Assembly (NCBI GenBank): GCA_010909165.1
Contig: MU008172.1
Span: forward strand, 124,001 to 188,000
Source: Anthoceros angustus
Taxonomy: Eukaryota > Plantae > Anthocerotophyta
Reading direction: 5' to 3'
Length of the DNA: 64,000 bases
The notes beneath the pieces were generated by a model. It was not told the DNA's origin and made no database searches. It was given only the letters and a program-made list of their open reading frames with translations. The stretch's first letter is position 1. Every line of letters begins with the position of its first letter. Of the stretch, positions 1 to 12,289 are shown piece by piece. The position numbers and the translations under genes were made by a program.

Positions 1-190
1 CATGATGCCCTCCAACGGACATTGAGCGGGCTTCTCTGTTTTCGAGGACGGCCTCGCCGTCTCGGCGCCGGTTCGGTGGCGTGATCTACTCCAGCAGTCG
101 GATCGGCGCCCTCGCCGTCGTCGCCCACCAGGTACGCCGCTTCCACATCTGCTTGGGCATGCAATTTCTGCTGAATTTGCAATCTTTGCT
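1..190 (-). CDS. Possible exon of a gene running off the window edge, with an AT-hook-like motif
   Basis: After a candidate acceptor (..ctgtacag) the minus frame reads QRLQIQQKLHAQADVEAAYLVGDDGEGADPTAGVDHATEPAPRRRGRPRKQRSPL and stays open to the window edge. RRRGRPRK is at about 39-62. Upstream exons were not resolved. Confidence 0.3.
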
Positions 191-1128
191 GTACAGTGTT
201 TTCTCCCGTTGCACAAATACATGGTGCACAAAGAATGTACGACCCAAATGCAGGCTCAAGGTCACCACGGAGTTTGGTTGCCAATCAACTTGTGCTCTAC
301 AGCCCGAGAGAGGCTTCTTGTCGCAAATCTACAAAGTAGAACCAAGGCCCCTTTAAGAGGTCACAACACCAGGATTGGTCCAGACTCCGGAAAAAAGTTC
401 AATCCTTTGCTTCCACCCTATCGGCGGCTAGCATCAACAAGGAGGACATCTTTGAGCTCGAATGTCCCCAGCAGAAACCAGCTGCAACATGCTAATTGGC
501 CAGACGCGGACAAAAAAGTGAGCCTGTAAATTGGGACACTCACAACTTGCTATCTGCTCACCAACGTGCACGCAAAACTTCACGATGCGCCACCCGGGGA
601 ACCGAATTACAGCGCTTCCCCAGTGCCCATATCCTGGATCATGCTTTCATCACTGTACAACCTGGTCCACGCTGATCATATCCGTCTTATCTCAGGTTTG
701 CAGGTTTGCCGATACTGCTTCGTCTCTTCGAGTCATGGGTTACTGCACGGAATGAGACTGCCGTCAACCGTGACGGTCACTGGTCAAAAATTGTTGGACA
801 TCACGGTTGGGCACAGACAGTACACTCCTCTGACGAGGCCTGACGTCTGTCTAGGAGGTTGACACCTGCGGTGTGTCCTTGGAAAGATGCAGGAACTGCA
901 GCCGGCGAGGTCCACGTACAGTCGACTCCTCCCGCTGGGGTGCGGCACATCTGGGTGCTACGACAGCGAATAAGGCCCAGGGATGCCCCCTGTGATTCTT
1001 TGACCCTCCTTTTACAAGGTGTTGCCGACTAACCACAAGTCCGTTGTTGCGTCATGCTCAGGCAACTAAGAGTTGAAAGAAAGACGGCACTATTGTTGAC
1101 ATGATGCAGTTGAGTGAAAAATCCTACT

Positions 1129-3049
1129 CTACACAGGCACGCTTTGCTGAGCAGACGAAGCTTCCTTGGCTGCTAAGCTTTGGTAGTACTCCACCAAGAC
1201 CTTCCAGCCCCCCGGGCACATGAATCCATCGGGGAGGCTCTCCCCAGAGCGAGCGAAATTTCGCATCTGATTATGACGACAGAGGGATTAGCAACTCCCA
1301 CATTCACCACAAACTCCACTGCTAGAGGCAGAACGAAGGAGTAAGAAGTAGAGGCTTTACCTTGGTTCCGGATATGAAAAGAAAGTCTTGAGCTCTGGAG
1401 GGGTCAAAAAATGCCATCTGGCTTTTGGTCTTGTCGTAAGCAGCCACCTGCAAAGGAACAGAGGGTGGTGGGGAGTTTAGGGGACGAGGAGGGAAGCAGG
1501 GACTGTAGTCCATGGAGAAGGGTGGTCAACATACCCTGAACGGAAGAATGTTGAGCCTTTCCAGACCAGGAGCCATGCTGAGAACCATCTTGCCATGGTC
1601 GGGATCATACAGATCCCTCTTCTCAGTTGGATGGCCCATCCCAGCAGGGTCCCGACCCACAATGTAAAAGTCGGCTCCAGCGTTGATGCGGGCTTTCGCA
1701 TGCCATTGGACTTCAGTCGGTCCTGCGTAGTGCATGGGGGAGGGGAATATTGCCACAACAGTGGTCTCGGGGTCTAGAATCCCCTCTGCCAGGACCTGAA
1801 AGAACAACATGTCAGCACAGGCATCCCGTTGCTGACAGCAGAAGAAGTCGGGTGAGAAGCCAGAACCTGGTCATGTTGCTTCATGCGCCAGTCCAAGGGC
1901 ACATCGTCTTCTTTGGTGTAGCCACCCAGAGGATGCAGTAGCAGAATAGGATTTTTGAACCCCATGTCCAGCAGCCTCTTCCGGGTATCGGTCATGAGCA
2001 GGGCATGGCCATTGTGCACCGGGTTCCTGAGCTGGAAAGCAAACACCGCATCTGCCTTCCGCCTCTCAAACTCGGCACGCAGTTCCGCAGGAGAGAGCCT
2101 GAAGTGGTCCAGCCCATCGTTATACCTGACCCGCTCCAGCACCTCCAGATCCCCTCCCACAAGCCAGTTCCCAGCATTGGTGATAGCCTCCTCCACGTAC
2201 GGCAGCCCGGGAGCCGTGCACCCCCAGGTGCGGGCGATCCGCTCCTCCTTGCTGTGCCTGTAAATCTCGATGCTGCAGCAACAAACAAACAACAAACCCG
2301 TGGTGTCTTAGAGCAGCCGAGCCAGGCACAACCAACCAGCATAGCCAGGTGGGTGCTCGCGCATCGCGCAACACAACGCAGAGAAGAGCTTACTTGCGCA
2401 GAACATTTTGGCAAGCTGATTGTCGAAGGACCTACTTGCGGAGAATGGCAACTCGGTTCTGAAAGGGCCCCACGAGCGTGACGGCAGTCCCGCCCGCGAT
2501 GGCCTCCTTCTGCGCGTCGTCGATGGCCAGCACGATGGGCACCGACATGTTCACCAGGCTGCCGTCGGCCGCCCGCAGCGTGTTGAAATGCAGCGCCTGG
2601 AGAAACTGGTCCTGGCGCATGAAGCCCCGGAGCGGGCTCGCCCACCCCTCCGACAGCACATGCACCCACTCCAGGTCCACCCTGCTGATGCTGATGTGCG
2701 GCAGCCCCGCCGCCTCCTCCTTCCTCCCCGCCCGTTCCTCCTCCGGCACCACCAGATCCACCAGCACTCCCCCGTCCGGCGCGATCAGCCCCGCCCTGGC
2801 CTGCTGTTGCACCCCCCTCCTCGCCGCCATCCTCCCCTCCCTCTCCCTCCCCCAGCTCCCCTGCCCGCCGCTCATGCTGCTGCTGCTGCTGCACCCCAAG
2901 GCCGCCGCAAACCCGGCCCCCGGCCCCGCCATCGCCGCCAGCGAATGCAGCAACACCCCGGGCGGCGCCCCGCAATTCCTCTGCCTCCCCAAGCTCACGC
3001 CCAGAGCCGGAACCCTGCTGGCCACGGCCGCTGCCGCTCCCATTGTCAT
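1129..3049 (-). CDS. APS: ATP sulfurylase (sulfate adenylyltransferase) with plastid transit peptide; 5 exons, 501 aa
   Basis: Exons 3049-2436, 2272-1867, 1795-1535, 1447-1361 and 1266-1129 total 1506 nt in frame, all with GT-AG introns. Motifs: [35 protein letters not shown] (HXGH), [48 protein letters not shown]. Confidence 0.97.
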
Positions 3050-3552
3050 GCTCTCAGATCACTGCTCCGCCCACCACCCTCTTCACGATTCGTTCCACCT
3101 CCCCAAAAGACATAGCCTCCCGATCATCTCATCCAGACTGCTGCCACTCTCCACCGAGAACGCTCTAGTCTGACACCGTCTCCCACCGAGCTCACTCGTC
3201 CACTACTCTCTCACACATATGACAAAATGCCCTTCCCACCTGGACGCAAATTTTCGCACCATGAATGTTCCCAATTACGGGATAACACTGCCTAATCGTG
3301 TTTAGTTTGCATTTGTACTTAAGCCGAAGCATATACTTGTGTCCCTTAGCGATGAATCGCTGTGCGTGATCAACTCCAGCAATCCCGCTGCTGCCAGCCT
3401 CCTGACAGCTGCAGCCCTCTGGCTCCTGTGAAGGCGTCATATCCAGCCGGCAGAGGGCTGCAAGATACGAGTTCATCGCATATTGAGCAATGGTGACTGA
3501 GATTAGGGTTAGGGTTTTGGGCCAGGATGCAGCCGGGACAGCTCCCAGGCTC

Positions 3553-4497
3553 ACTTGATGAAGGTGTGCATTTGCAACCTTGGCGGCTTCTATGATCTCG
3601 GCTTCTGTGCAGGTTGGCCTGCTGGAAGGGATGTTGGCGCGGATGGAGACTGCAAAGAGGATGGGCTCCTGTCCTACGAAGTCCTATGTGCGCACGGAGG
3701 AGTCGGAGGTTGTAGAGCGTGATGTTTTTGCCTGATCAGGACTGTGCCAGCCTAGGGGTCGTGGTACCTCTGGTGGATTTCCCTGAGCCGCTCTGCCCCA
3801 CCATGGCCTCTGTGCGTCCTGCTTCGATCTGCAGGTTGAAGCTCTTGAAGACCAGGATGTGGGGCCTTTCCGGGTAAGCGAAGTTGACGTTGTGGAACTC
3901 ACATCGCCCTGGATCTTGCCGGGCTTGTGGCCGTGTGGGTCAAGGATTCCACAGTCCTTTCCTCCGCAGCGAAGGAGTACACAGTCCTGATGGAAGATAC
4001 CGACTCATCTGCTATCACGTTCGCCTTGTCATACTCCTTCTGGATCTCGGCGGTGATGTCTGTCAAGGCCGCCTTGTACACGAATCCTGCTACCAACACT
4101 ACGGGCGTCAAGGCGAGCGCTACCAGAGCCAGCTCCCAGCAGACGTAGAAACCCACCGCTTAGGCAACCAGAAGCTGCACCGAATTGGCTAGCACGTTCC
4201 CCACCTGCAACCCACGAACACCACGCCGTGTTTCAGCCTCATTCTTGAGCCCACGATACAGGATTGTGCACTATTTTCGAGATGACATTGTGTGACAACA
4301 TGGAGGCAAAGCATCCCTTCTCGCTCATGGCGTCCTGGATGGCTTCACTGTCCTCTGCCGCACTTGTAACCACTTCCGCAGTGGTGGTTCCCTTGCCATC
4401 GAAGAAGCCAACCTCCTGCCTCAAGATGGCTCTCAGGTACTTGGCCCTGATGAGTCACGACTGCCTCTCCCCCACACTTATCCAGCAGCTCACTTCT
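3553..4497 (-). pseudogene. ABCB (MDR/P-glycoprotein) transporter pseudogene, internally deleted
   Basis: TMD pieces: [80 protein letters not shown]. NBD pieces: [22 protein letters not shown] (Walker A), QEPILFAVSIRANI, EIIEAAKVANAH. In-frame stops at 4455-4457 and 4160-4162, plus frameshifts. Confidence 0.9.
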
Positions 4498-5104
4498 GCA
4501 ACAGCCCATCACAACAAAGCAAGCGTTCAAATCATTGATCCTATCACCAACATGCCGGCAGCAGGCAGGCAGGCCACAAATTTTGTCATTGACCCATCAC
4601 CGACATGCCAAACCTAGGATAATCGACCCACCGCGTACAAACAGTACTGCACACACATGCACGTCACAGGACTTTGGGTTAGGTCCGACGCTGCAGACTG
4701 CAATATAAGCTTGCAAGCAAAACACCCCTTCCAAAACTGAAGCATCCATTTCAGTTTTCGATGAGGCATACATTTCAGTTTTCAAGTGAATATCATGTTA
4801 ACAACTCGGTGCATACATATTGTGAAGCACCTGATGATGCACACACGTCCATGGCTGAAAGGGGTACTTGGCATGTCCCACTTCAGTGTGCTGGCCTGCT
4901 ATGCGAGGCTATGAAAGTGAAATCCAGGAACCGTTTGCAGGTTGCAACTGCTGCTCAGTTTCTGGGAGGATGCAAGCAAAGCTGAGCCTTCCACCTGGTG
5001 TGGAAACCTTCCATCCTAGAAGGGGACAGCTGGGTGCAAAGTTGTCAAGCCCACGTGTGTTGGTTCCGAATGTGGGCACCGGAGACCCATGCTTCACATG
5101 TGCC

Positions 5105-6257
5105 ATGGGCAGGTGGTGGGCGTTACATCTGTGTTGTAGTAAGCGTGGGAAGGAGGGCGATGACGAGATGAATCCTGGGGGTAGGGGAAGCGGAGAAACG
5201 ATGCCGGGGAGGAGGCGCAAGGGCGGGGAGGCCCCGGTAGAGGACGCGGATGAGAGGAAGCAGGAGGATGGAGATGAGAGGAGGCCGGCTTCGTGGGTGG
5301 AGGAGGATTTGGAAGGGGAGGAGGACTCGGAGGAGGTGGAGGTGGGGGAGTGGAAGTACCTGCCCACCATCCGGTCCGGGAGCGCCAGCAAGATCGGGGA
5401 CCGTGACCACAGCGAGGACGCGCGCATCGCGGTGGACGATCTGCGGGCGGACGAGCTGGTGGGCGAGCTCTTCGGCAGGAGCGGGTACCGGGAGGGGGCG
5501 TTCTATGCGGTGATCGACGGGCACGGCGGCTCGGCGGCGTCCGCCTTCGCGCGGCAGCATCTGCTGCTGTACGTGCTGGAAGAGGAGAGGTTGAGGGAGG
5601 ATCCCAAGGGCGCCATCCGGGCCGCGTTCCTGCGGCTGGACGAGGATCTGCGGCAGCGATGCGAGGGGCGGCCGGAAGTGCTCTGGTGCGGTGGCGGTGG
5701 CGGCGGCCATCCTGGACGGGGATCTGGTGGTGGGCAACGTCGGGGACTGCCGGGCGGTGATCTCGGAGAAGGGCAAGGCGGTGGCGCTGAGCAGGGAGCA
5801 CCGGCCGGGGACCGCGCGGGACGAGCGGGAGCGCGTGCTCTGCTCCGGGACAGAGATCAACAAGCGCGGCTACGTTGGGGGTGCAGTGGCCATGACCCGG
5901 GCCATCGGGGACTGGGATCGCCCAGGGCTCAAGCAGCTGGACCCCGAGAGCGGGGAGAACACGGGCCCCGTGCTCGCCGACCCCGAGTTGGCCGCCATCG
6001 CCCTTCGCCCCGAGCACGAGTTCCTGCTGCTCGGCAGCGACGGGGTCTGGGACGCGCTCTCCAGCCAGGAGGCGGTGAACGCCGCCAGGCGCCGGCTGTG
6101 GCAGCACGGGGACCCTAAGCGCTGCGCAGGCGAGCTCGCCTCCAAGGCCATCCGGGCCGCCAGGAGGTCTTCGCGAGCTGATAACGTCACCGTCGTGGCT
6201 GTGTGCCTCCCCAAGTGGCACCCCGCGCCCTCCGGCAGCACCGACTCTGATGCCTGA
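5105..6257 (+). CDS. Intronless protein phosphatase 2C with one frameshift near 5677 (sequencing error or recent lesion)
   Basis: First frame: RSGSASKIGDRDHSEDA and AFYAVIDGHGG. Second frame: CSGAVAVAAI, VGNVGDCRAV, EHRP, TRAIGD, LLLGSDGVWD, ADNVTVVAV. All PP2C metal-binding Asp motifs are present. The frames join at ccggaagtgctct. Confidence 0.85.
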
Positions 6258-6780
6258 TGAGACTCTGCTCTTGACTGTGTGGATCCAACCTTGGATGATG
6301 ATCCACGTTGCAAGTTCGAAGCGGGTTTAAGATCGGTGCAGCTGCTTGGACACTCAACGTTGTACGTTTTGGCCTTGGTTGCTTTGGGATCCCCTTCGTG
6401 CTGGTGTCCGAGGCTGGTTTCAAGGATTGGATGTTGGTCGTAGTTTGCAAACTTCCTGCAAATCCATGGCATCTTTAACACAATAAAATAGGACGAGGGC
6501 CACTGTTAAATGGTGCCTCAGATGTAAACGTCCTGCCCAGAGGCACTTACTGGCCTGTAGGACATCTGAAATGTTAACAATCTTCAAAGGATGTGCGTGC
6601 TGGAAGCTGTCTCGACAAGAGGCGCTGGTCCTTGATTTCAGCATAATCCAGTCATGCTAGTGCTGGGGGCCTGGAGTCTCATGGTACAGCTCCCGTACTC
6701 CCCAAGGGAATACCTTGAGGGAAGGACGGGAATTTGTGGGAGTCTGTGCCTCAATCCGGATCTACACTATTCAGTATGGT

Positions 6781-6790
6781 GTATATAAAT
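6781..6790 (+). promoter_or_regulatory. Candidate TATA box of the secreted Cys-rich gene
   Basis: GTATATAAAT lies about 100 nt upstream of the ATG at 6883. Confidence 0.5.
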
Positions 6791-6882
6791 CTCCCACCCA
6801 AGCAATCAATGCAGTGCTCAATCTTGTGTCTGGAAATTGCTCTGGCACTGTGGGAGGTGCCCAACTAGTTCGCACAGCCAGG

Positions 6883-7512
6883 ATGGCATCTTTTAAGGTG
6901 CTGACACTGGTTATGGCGCTTTTGCTGCAGCTGTGGCTACAGGACTATGCGAGCGAGGCCTTCCCAGTCACCGATCCCTTCAGGCCGCCGCTCACCGATC
7001 CTGACGATGACAGGAGGCCTTTCCCCTTCAGACCGCCGCTCATCTGGCATGCCCCGCACGTGAGTTCTCCCCCGCCTCCCCCGCCTCCTGCGCCACTGTC
7101 TCCGCCCCCGCCCGTCTGGCCCAACTCCCGCTGCTGCTACAAGTACATGAATCTTGTGGTTTGTGTCAACCCGCCTTGGCGCGTGGGGCAGTGCTGGAAA
7201 CTGTGCGGTGCTACGGTGTGCGTCCGGCCCGTTCTCGGCACCCCGCAAGAGCGAATTCCCGGGACGGATCCGGAATCCAGTAGCTTGGCTCCTGTCGAGG
7301 GTCCGGAGGATCCCGAGTATCCTGACCCAGAGAGCCAGGGCAGGAGTTTCGCATTGTGCTGCTTCTGCTACAACAAAGTTCGGATCTGCTTGTATCCTTG
7401 GGTCACAACGAGTGGGAGTACTATTTGCAAACCATGCAGGGAATCCACGCTGTGCTTCGGTACCTGCCCGACTCGGATTCCTATCGATCGTAGTCCTTTC
7501 GGCATACCTTGA
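6883..7512 (+). CDS. Secreted proline-rich protein with two Cys-rich modules, 209 aa, no family recognised
   Basis: Single open frame. It has a hydrophobic signal peptide (MASFKVLTLVMALLLQLWLQDYASEA), a DPFRPPL/PFRPPL repeat, SPPPPPPP extensin-like motifs and two CC-x-C-x2-PW-x-C-x-C-x4-C modules. A TATA box lies upstream. Confidence 0.75.
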   Translation: MASFKVLTLVMALLLQLWLQDYASEAFPVTDPFRPPLTDPDDDRRPFPFRPPLIWHAPHVSSPPPPPPPAPLSPPPPVWPNSRCCYKYMNLVVCVNPPWRVGQCWKLCGATVCVRPVLGTPQERIPGTDPESSSLAPVEGPEDPEYPDPESQGRSFALCCFCYNKVRICLYPWVTTSGSTICKPCRESTLCFGTCPTRIPIDRSPFGIP

Positions 7513-8951
7513 TCGGCAATCCGTCTAGGCCATGATCAAGCTGCAGAATAATTGTGTCCAGAGGTAGGTTGAAAGGAACACTGCCCAAAGTGCAACTACT
7601 CGTCACCGCGATCCTGAAGGCATCTGACAAGTACTCAATAAGTGCGTTAGAAGTGTTTCTTCCATCTGGATGATCAACTGGCCGATATAGTCCAATGCTT
7701 ATGAATAAAGTGACAAATTTGGTGTGCCGTCGGAATGATCCATGTCGGAAACTTTAAGGCATGCCTCCATGCTGATATCTGAGTAGAGGTGAACATCCTG
7801 CTCTTGAAAGTCGTTTCATGGTGCAAACTTCACTTGAGGCATTAGGATCTAAGTTTGTGCAGGCTTCGTAGGGCTCCAAACTTCAAATGTCTCACGAGGA
7901 CACAAAAATGGTTACATCAACTTCCACACGTCTTTAGATCTCCACTCAGATTTCGTCAGTATTGAAATACTGGAGACTATGCCTGTCTACTTGCCAAGCG
8001 TGTGCCTGCCTCGAAGACCTTTGAATGTTCGGCCAGGACAATCTGCTGGAATACAATTCAGAAGACTTAATCGGTCAGCCGAAATTTCTTTCGTCCGTGC
8101 ACCCCAAAATGATGGGCTGAAAGAGCCTGCAGCAGTGCAGGCCTAGGAATCTCTGGGGTGTAAAGTTGGTCAGAAGACCTTGTCTACGGGTCTGGCTACC
8201 GACGTCCATGCCAGGGGGGGCGTTCCCCTAGAAATTCCTGGCACCTCAAGTTGCAAGAGGGGTGTGGGAGACAGTGGGACGTGGGGGAAGCAAGTCTCAC
8301 AGCAGGAGCTTCATGGCTCGAAATCACATGTGGCCGTGCCAACAAAAAACTTACTGTTCAAATGGCACCTATTTTGAAGTTTGTGCTACATGGGGAGCTC
8401 GCGGAGTGATCCATTTGTGAGACGTCGGAATTTCGATCATCCTAAAACAAACCACAGGTGAGGCTTATGATAATTCCATCTTGGGAAACTTGTGCTGTCA
8501 CTCAGAAAGGTCGAGCAACAGAGGCTGGCATGGCCTCTACGTACCAAGTTGCTGGCTGCACTTGAATGCCCGAGGTCACGCCAGAGAAACCTTGCGCGTG
8601 CTCTCTCGTAACGTGCACTAAGACAATCACAATCACAACCACACTCCGATTCCGACTTCCGTCCTCTTCAACAATCTTGCAACCCACAATGTCTTGGATC
8701 TTACTTGCAGCACCACAACTTCATATTTTATGCATATATATTCGTACCGCGCAGAGAACAGTCTCGTACTACGATTCAGAACTTGAGATGCTTGCTTGCA
8801 ATCTCTATGTGACACTGTGAACTTGTCAGGCAAATCCAGAGCAAGGCATGTGGTGCAGGCAATGGCGTTGCCTGCTGCTTCCTCTCTCTTCTTTGCCTCG
8901 AAACTCATGGTCTCATACGAACGGCATCTCCGGTGTCTACATTCCTACTGG

Positions 8952-10794
8952 CTACGCATACAGGTGAGAGTGGGAGCGAAGGGCCGGCACGGCTCGCAGC
9001 GGCGTGGCCCGGGCCAGCGTCAGTTTCAGGTTCTCCGACATGTCCAAATCTTGGGGCCGCTTGATGTCGGCCGGCAGCGACCAGGCGACGGCGTGCAAGA
9101 GCGTGGCGATGGCGAGCGGGATGGTGATGAGCGCCATGGCCGCCCCGGGGCACCCCCGCCTCCCCGCGCCGAATGCACACACCTCCAGCCCTTTCCCCAG
9201 CCCCCGCACGTCCACCTGCGCGCCCGGGCCCTGCAGAAAGCGCTCCGGCTGGAACTCGTGCGGGTCCGCCCACACCGCCGGGTCGCGCCCCACCGCCCAC
9301 GCGTTCACGATGGCGATGGTGTTGGCGGGCACGTCGAAGCCCGCCACCTTGGTGTCCTCCATGGCGCAGTGCGAGATGAGCAGCGGCGCGATCGGGTACA
9401 TCCGCAGCGCCTCCTTCACCACCGCCTCGATGTAAGGCAGCTGCGCCAGGTCCGACTCCCGTACCGCGCGCTCCTGCCCCACCACTCTGTCCACCTCCTC
9501 CTGCGCCTTGCTCAGGACGTCGGGCCTCCGGAGCATCTCTGAGAAGGCCCAGATCAAGATCGTCGACGACGGCTCTGTGCCGGCCACCAATGTGTTCTGC
9601 AAGCATACAGTCTGAGGACGCTTGTCGAGCGCGCATTCAATCGAGGAAGTGAGTGGGTAGGTTGGTTACCAGCATCTGGGCTTTCACTCGGGTGTTTGTA
9701 GATTGGGGCTGGTCGTCCTCGAATTCGCCGTGGACGCTGATCAGGGCGTCGATGTACGATCTGGGGCTCCCCGGAGCTAGTTGGCGGTGGCGGGGGTCGT
9801 GGAGGATGGTTTCTTCCATGTACCTGTCGAATTTGTCGCGAATGTTTTGCAGGGCTGCGGTGGTGCCGGATAGACGATCCACCAGGGAGAGCCACGGGAT
9901 GTAGTCTGTCAGCATTTGGATGCCGATGTATTCCAGGTGGACTTCGAGGAGGTGGTGGAATTTTCCTGCGGTGCTGTTGGGCTCGGAATGAGTACCGTGT
10001 TTTGGATCAGCTGCGACAATGTTGTCGTACGGGAGTAAGGGTCGGTTGAGAGAAATGCGAGTGATGTTGTTCAGCATGAGTGTCCTGAACAGCGAGCACA
10101 AGTCCAGAGCCTGTGGAGTTTTGCCAAGCTCTGTCTGTGCAATGTGCCTCTTGACCGCGTTCACCATGCTGCGAATTTCCAGGAGCCTGTCGTTCTCGAA
10201 TAGCGGCAGCTTTGCGTTGCCTAGAAGCTCACTGGTCAGCGTCTTCCTGCAGGATGTGGAGGAAAATGACAGGGTCATGGAGGATTGGTGAGATTGCAAC
10301 AGTTGTGATCAAATGCAACCCCGTCGGCTCAAGAACGCATATATGTATCACACCGGTACGGATTGTGCGCGAACACAATTCGCTCCACGCGTGTACCTGG
10401 CTTGACGGTGGTGAACCCCGTAAGGAGCGAAAGCGATGTCTTTGAAGCCGTATCGGAGCATAAAGCTTGCATAGGTTGGCGATCGGTTGGCGAAGATTGC
10501 ATCCTGGTGCTTGAGGATGACGTTGGCAAGCTCGCCAGATGACACCACGATGGCTCTACGAGGACCCAAATTGATGGACATGATGTGACCGAACTTGCTG
10601 GACATCCGAAGGAGGTCCTTGGGCAGATGCTTGGACACCAGGAACGGGACGAGGTGGCCCAGAATCGGCAGACCCCTGGGGCCTGGCGGCAGCTTCAACC
10701 CCTCGGACGATCGGATCCGTGTGGCGCAGACCCACAGGCCACCACATAGTCCGACTAAGGCCAACACCAAAGCGAGAGCCGTGCTGAGTTCCAT
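8952..10794 (-). CDS. Cytochrome P450, CYP71 clan (A-type); 3 exons, 539 aa
   Basis: Exons 10794-10397, 10246-9670 and 9596-8952 total 1620 nt in frame with GT-AG introns. Features: N-terminal anchor, LPPGPRGLPILGHL, I-helix AGTEPSS, EALR (ExxR), FQPERF and heme motif FGAGRRGCPG. Confidence 0.96.
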
Positions 10795-12289
10795 GGCTGA
10801 TCTGCAGACCCGTACGACTTCTGCCGTCGTCGTGTCGAGTCTGCAGATCAATACAAACGGCAGAGGGCTGCGGCGTGGGGATGCAGATGGTTGTCCAAGC
10901 TCTGGAAGGTCGGTACTTATACTTACATCCGTGGAAGAGCAACCACAAACGGCGGATGTTATTGAAACGCAATATCTACCTTCCCAACTGCTATACTGCT
11001 CACGCCTGATGTTCCCCACCACGGAAACCAAGAAAGAGAAAGATGCTTCTTCCAGAGAAAGATGCAGGAGAAACAGGGAGGTGACCTTTTAAAAGATGCC
11101 AGCCTCTCGATGTGGCCATCATGAATTACAGCCTGTCGAAACCATCAATGTATGCTGTCCGGAGCTTAAACCAATATGGTACGAGAGCACCCCTTGCGGG
11201 GTGTGAGAATAGAAAATAGTCCGGGACTTCGGGAGTGCAAGTTGCAAATGGTGTGGCCTACGCTGTAGCCGACAGAAAAGTTATCGGGATCCAGCTTCTC
11301 ACAGGAGAAGTTTCCTGCGTCTAAGACCTCTTCGGTCTTGTAGAAACTTGTGGATGTTGTGGTGCTAATGCATCGTCCTCAAGACCCAGGTCCTGGTTAT
11401 CACTTGCTTAAAAGATCTTACATGTCGTTTAGAATGAAGGTTCGCGGCGGGGTTGGATAGGTTTCATACACAGAGGCATGCTTTTGAATCAAGCCAACAG
11501 CATAAAAGGGATCATGAAGATTTTGGGGATGGAGTTCTAGAGTTGTAAGCTAGAGCGACAATCGACGAAGATTTGTAGCCTGTCAATGACGTTCGGCAGT
11601 TGGGACCTTCGGTGACTGGATCCCACCAGCGTGGAATTGTGAATTCCTGGATTTCTGTATGCAGAATCTGTATACATGTGCTGAGCCGCAATTTTTTAAG
11701 GATTCCGGGAAGTGCGGCGGATCCGCAGTCTTTCCAGAAGGAGGGAACACGTCAGCGCAGACCTGTTCTGCAGCGATATCTAGCTTTTTGATGGAACTAA
11801 TTCAGTACTCGCCTAGCAGGCTTGTGGCTGCAGCCTGCAGCCTGCAGCCTGCACGTAAGCTTCGACGAAACCCTGTGAAATGTGAATGTAAAGCTCAGCA
11901 AACCTCGAGGATGGCAGAAGCAGACAGATCACTGGGGCCAGATCTTGTGTCGTCCAGATTCTGGAGACACGGACACCGTTGTCGCCATGTCGTCTAACTA
12001 CGAGCTTACAACTAATTTGGAGAACCTTCCATATAAATGTATATACAATATGTATACTGTCTAAATAAAAAGGATCTATGTACACTAAATGGTTTGCCGA
12101 ATGTCAGGCTCTCGAATCTTCTCTTCCGAAAGAGTGACGTTGTAACGTGTGGACGGGCTCGTCAAGGATCACTGGGACCAGCATCCACCTAGACTTTGCA
12201 TCCGTACAGTTGACCCAGGACATATGCAAGATCATGCCCACCCGTGTGGCCAGCGTGTGTCGTTAACTAACGACGGGTGCAGTGTTGCC

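Noticed and set aside
1992-3173. Long alternative-frame ORFs over ATP sulfurylase (327, 231 and 231 aa)
   Set aside because: Shadow ORFs of a GC-rich exon, with low-complexity translations and no motifs.
5094-6481. Antisense ORFs of 375, 246 and 203 aa over the PP2C
   Set aside because: GC-rich shadows of the real coding strand.
7530-8900. Short ORFs between the secreted protein and the P450
   Set aside because: No homology cues; treated as UTR or intergenic sequence.
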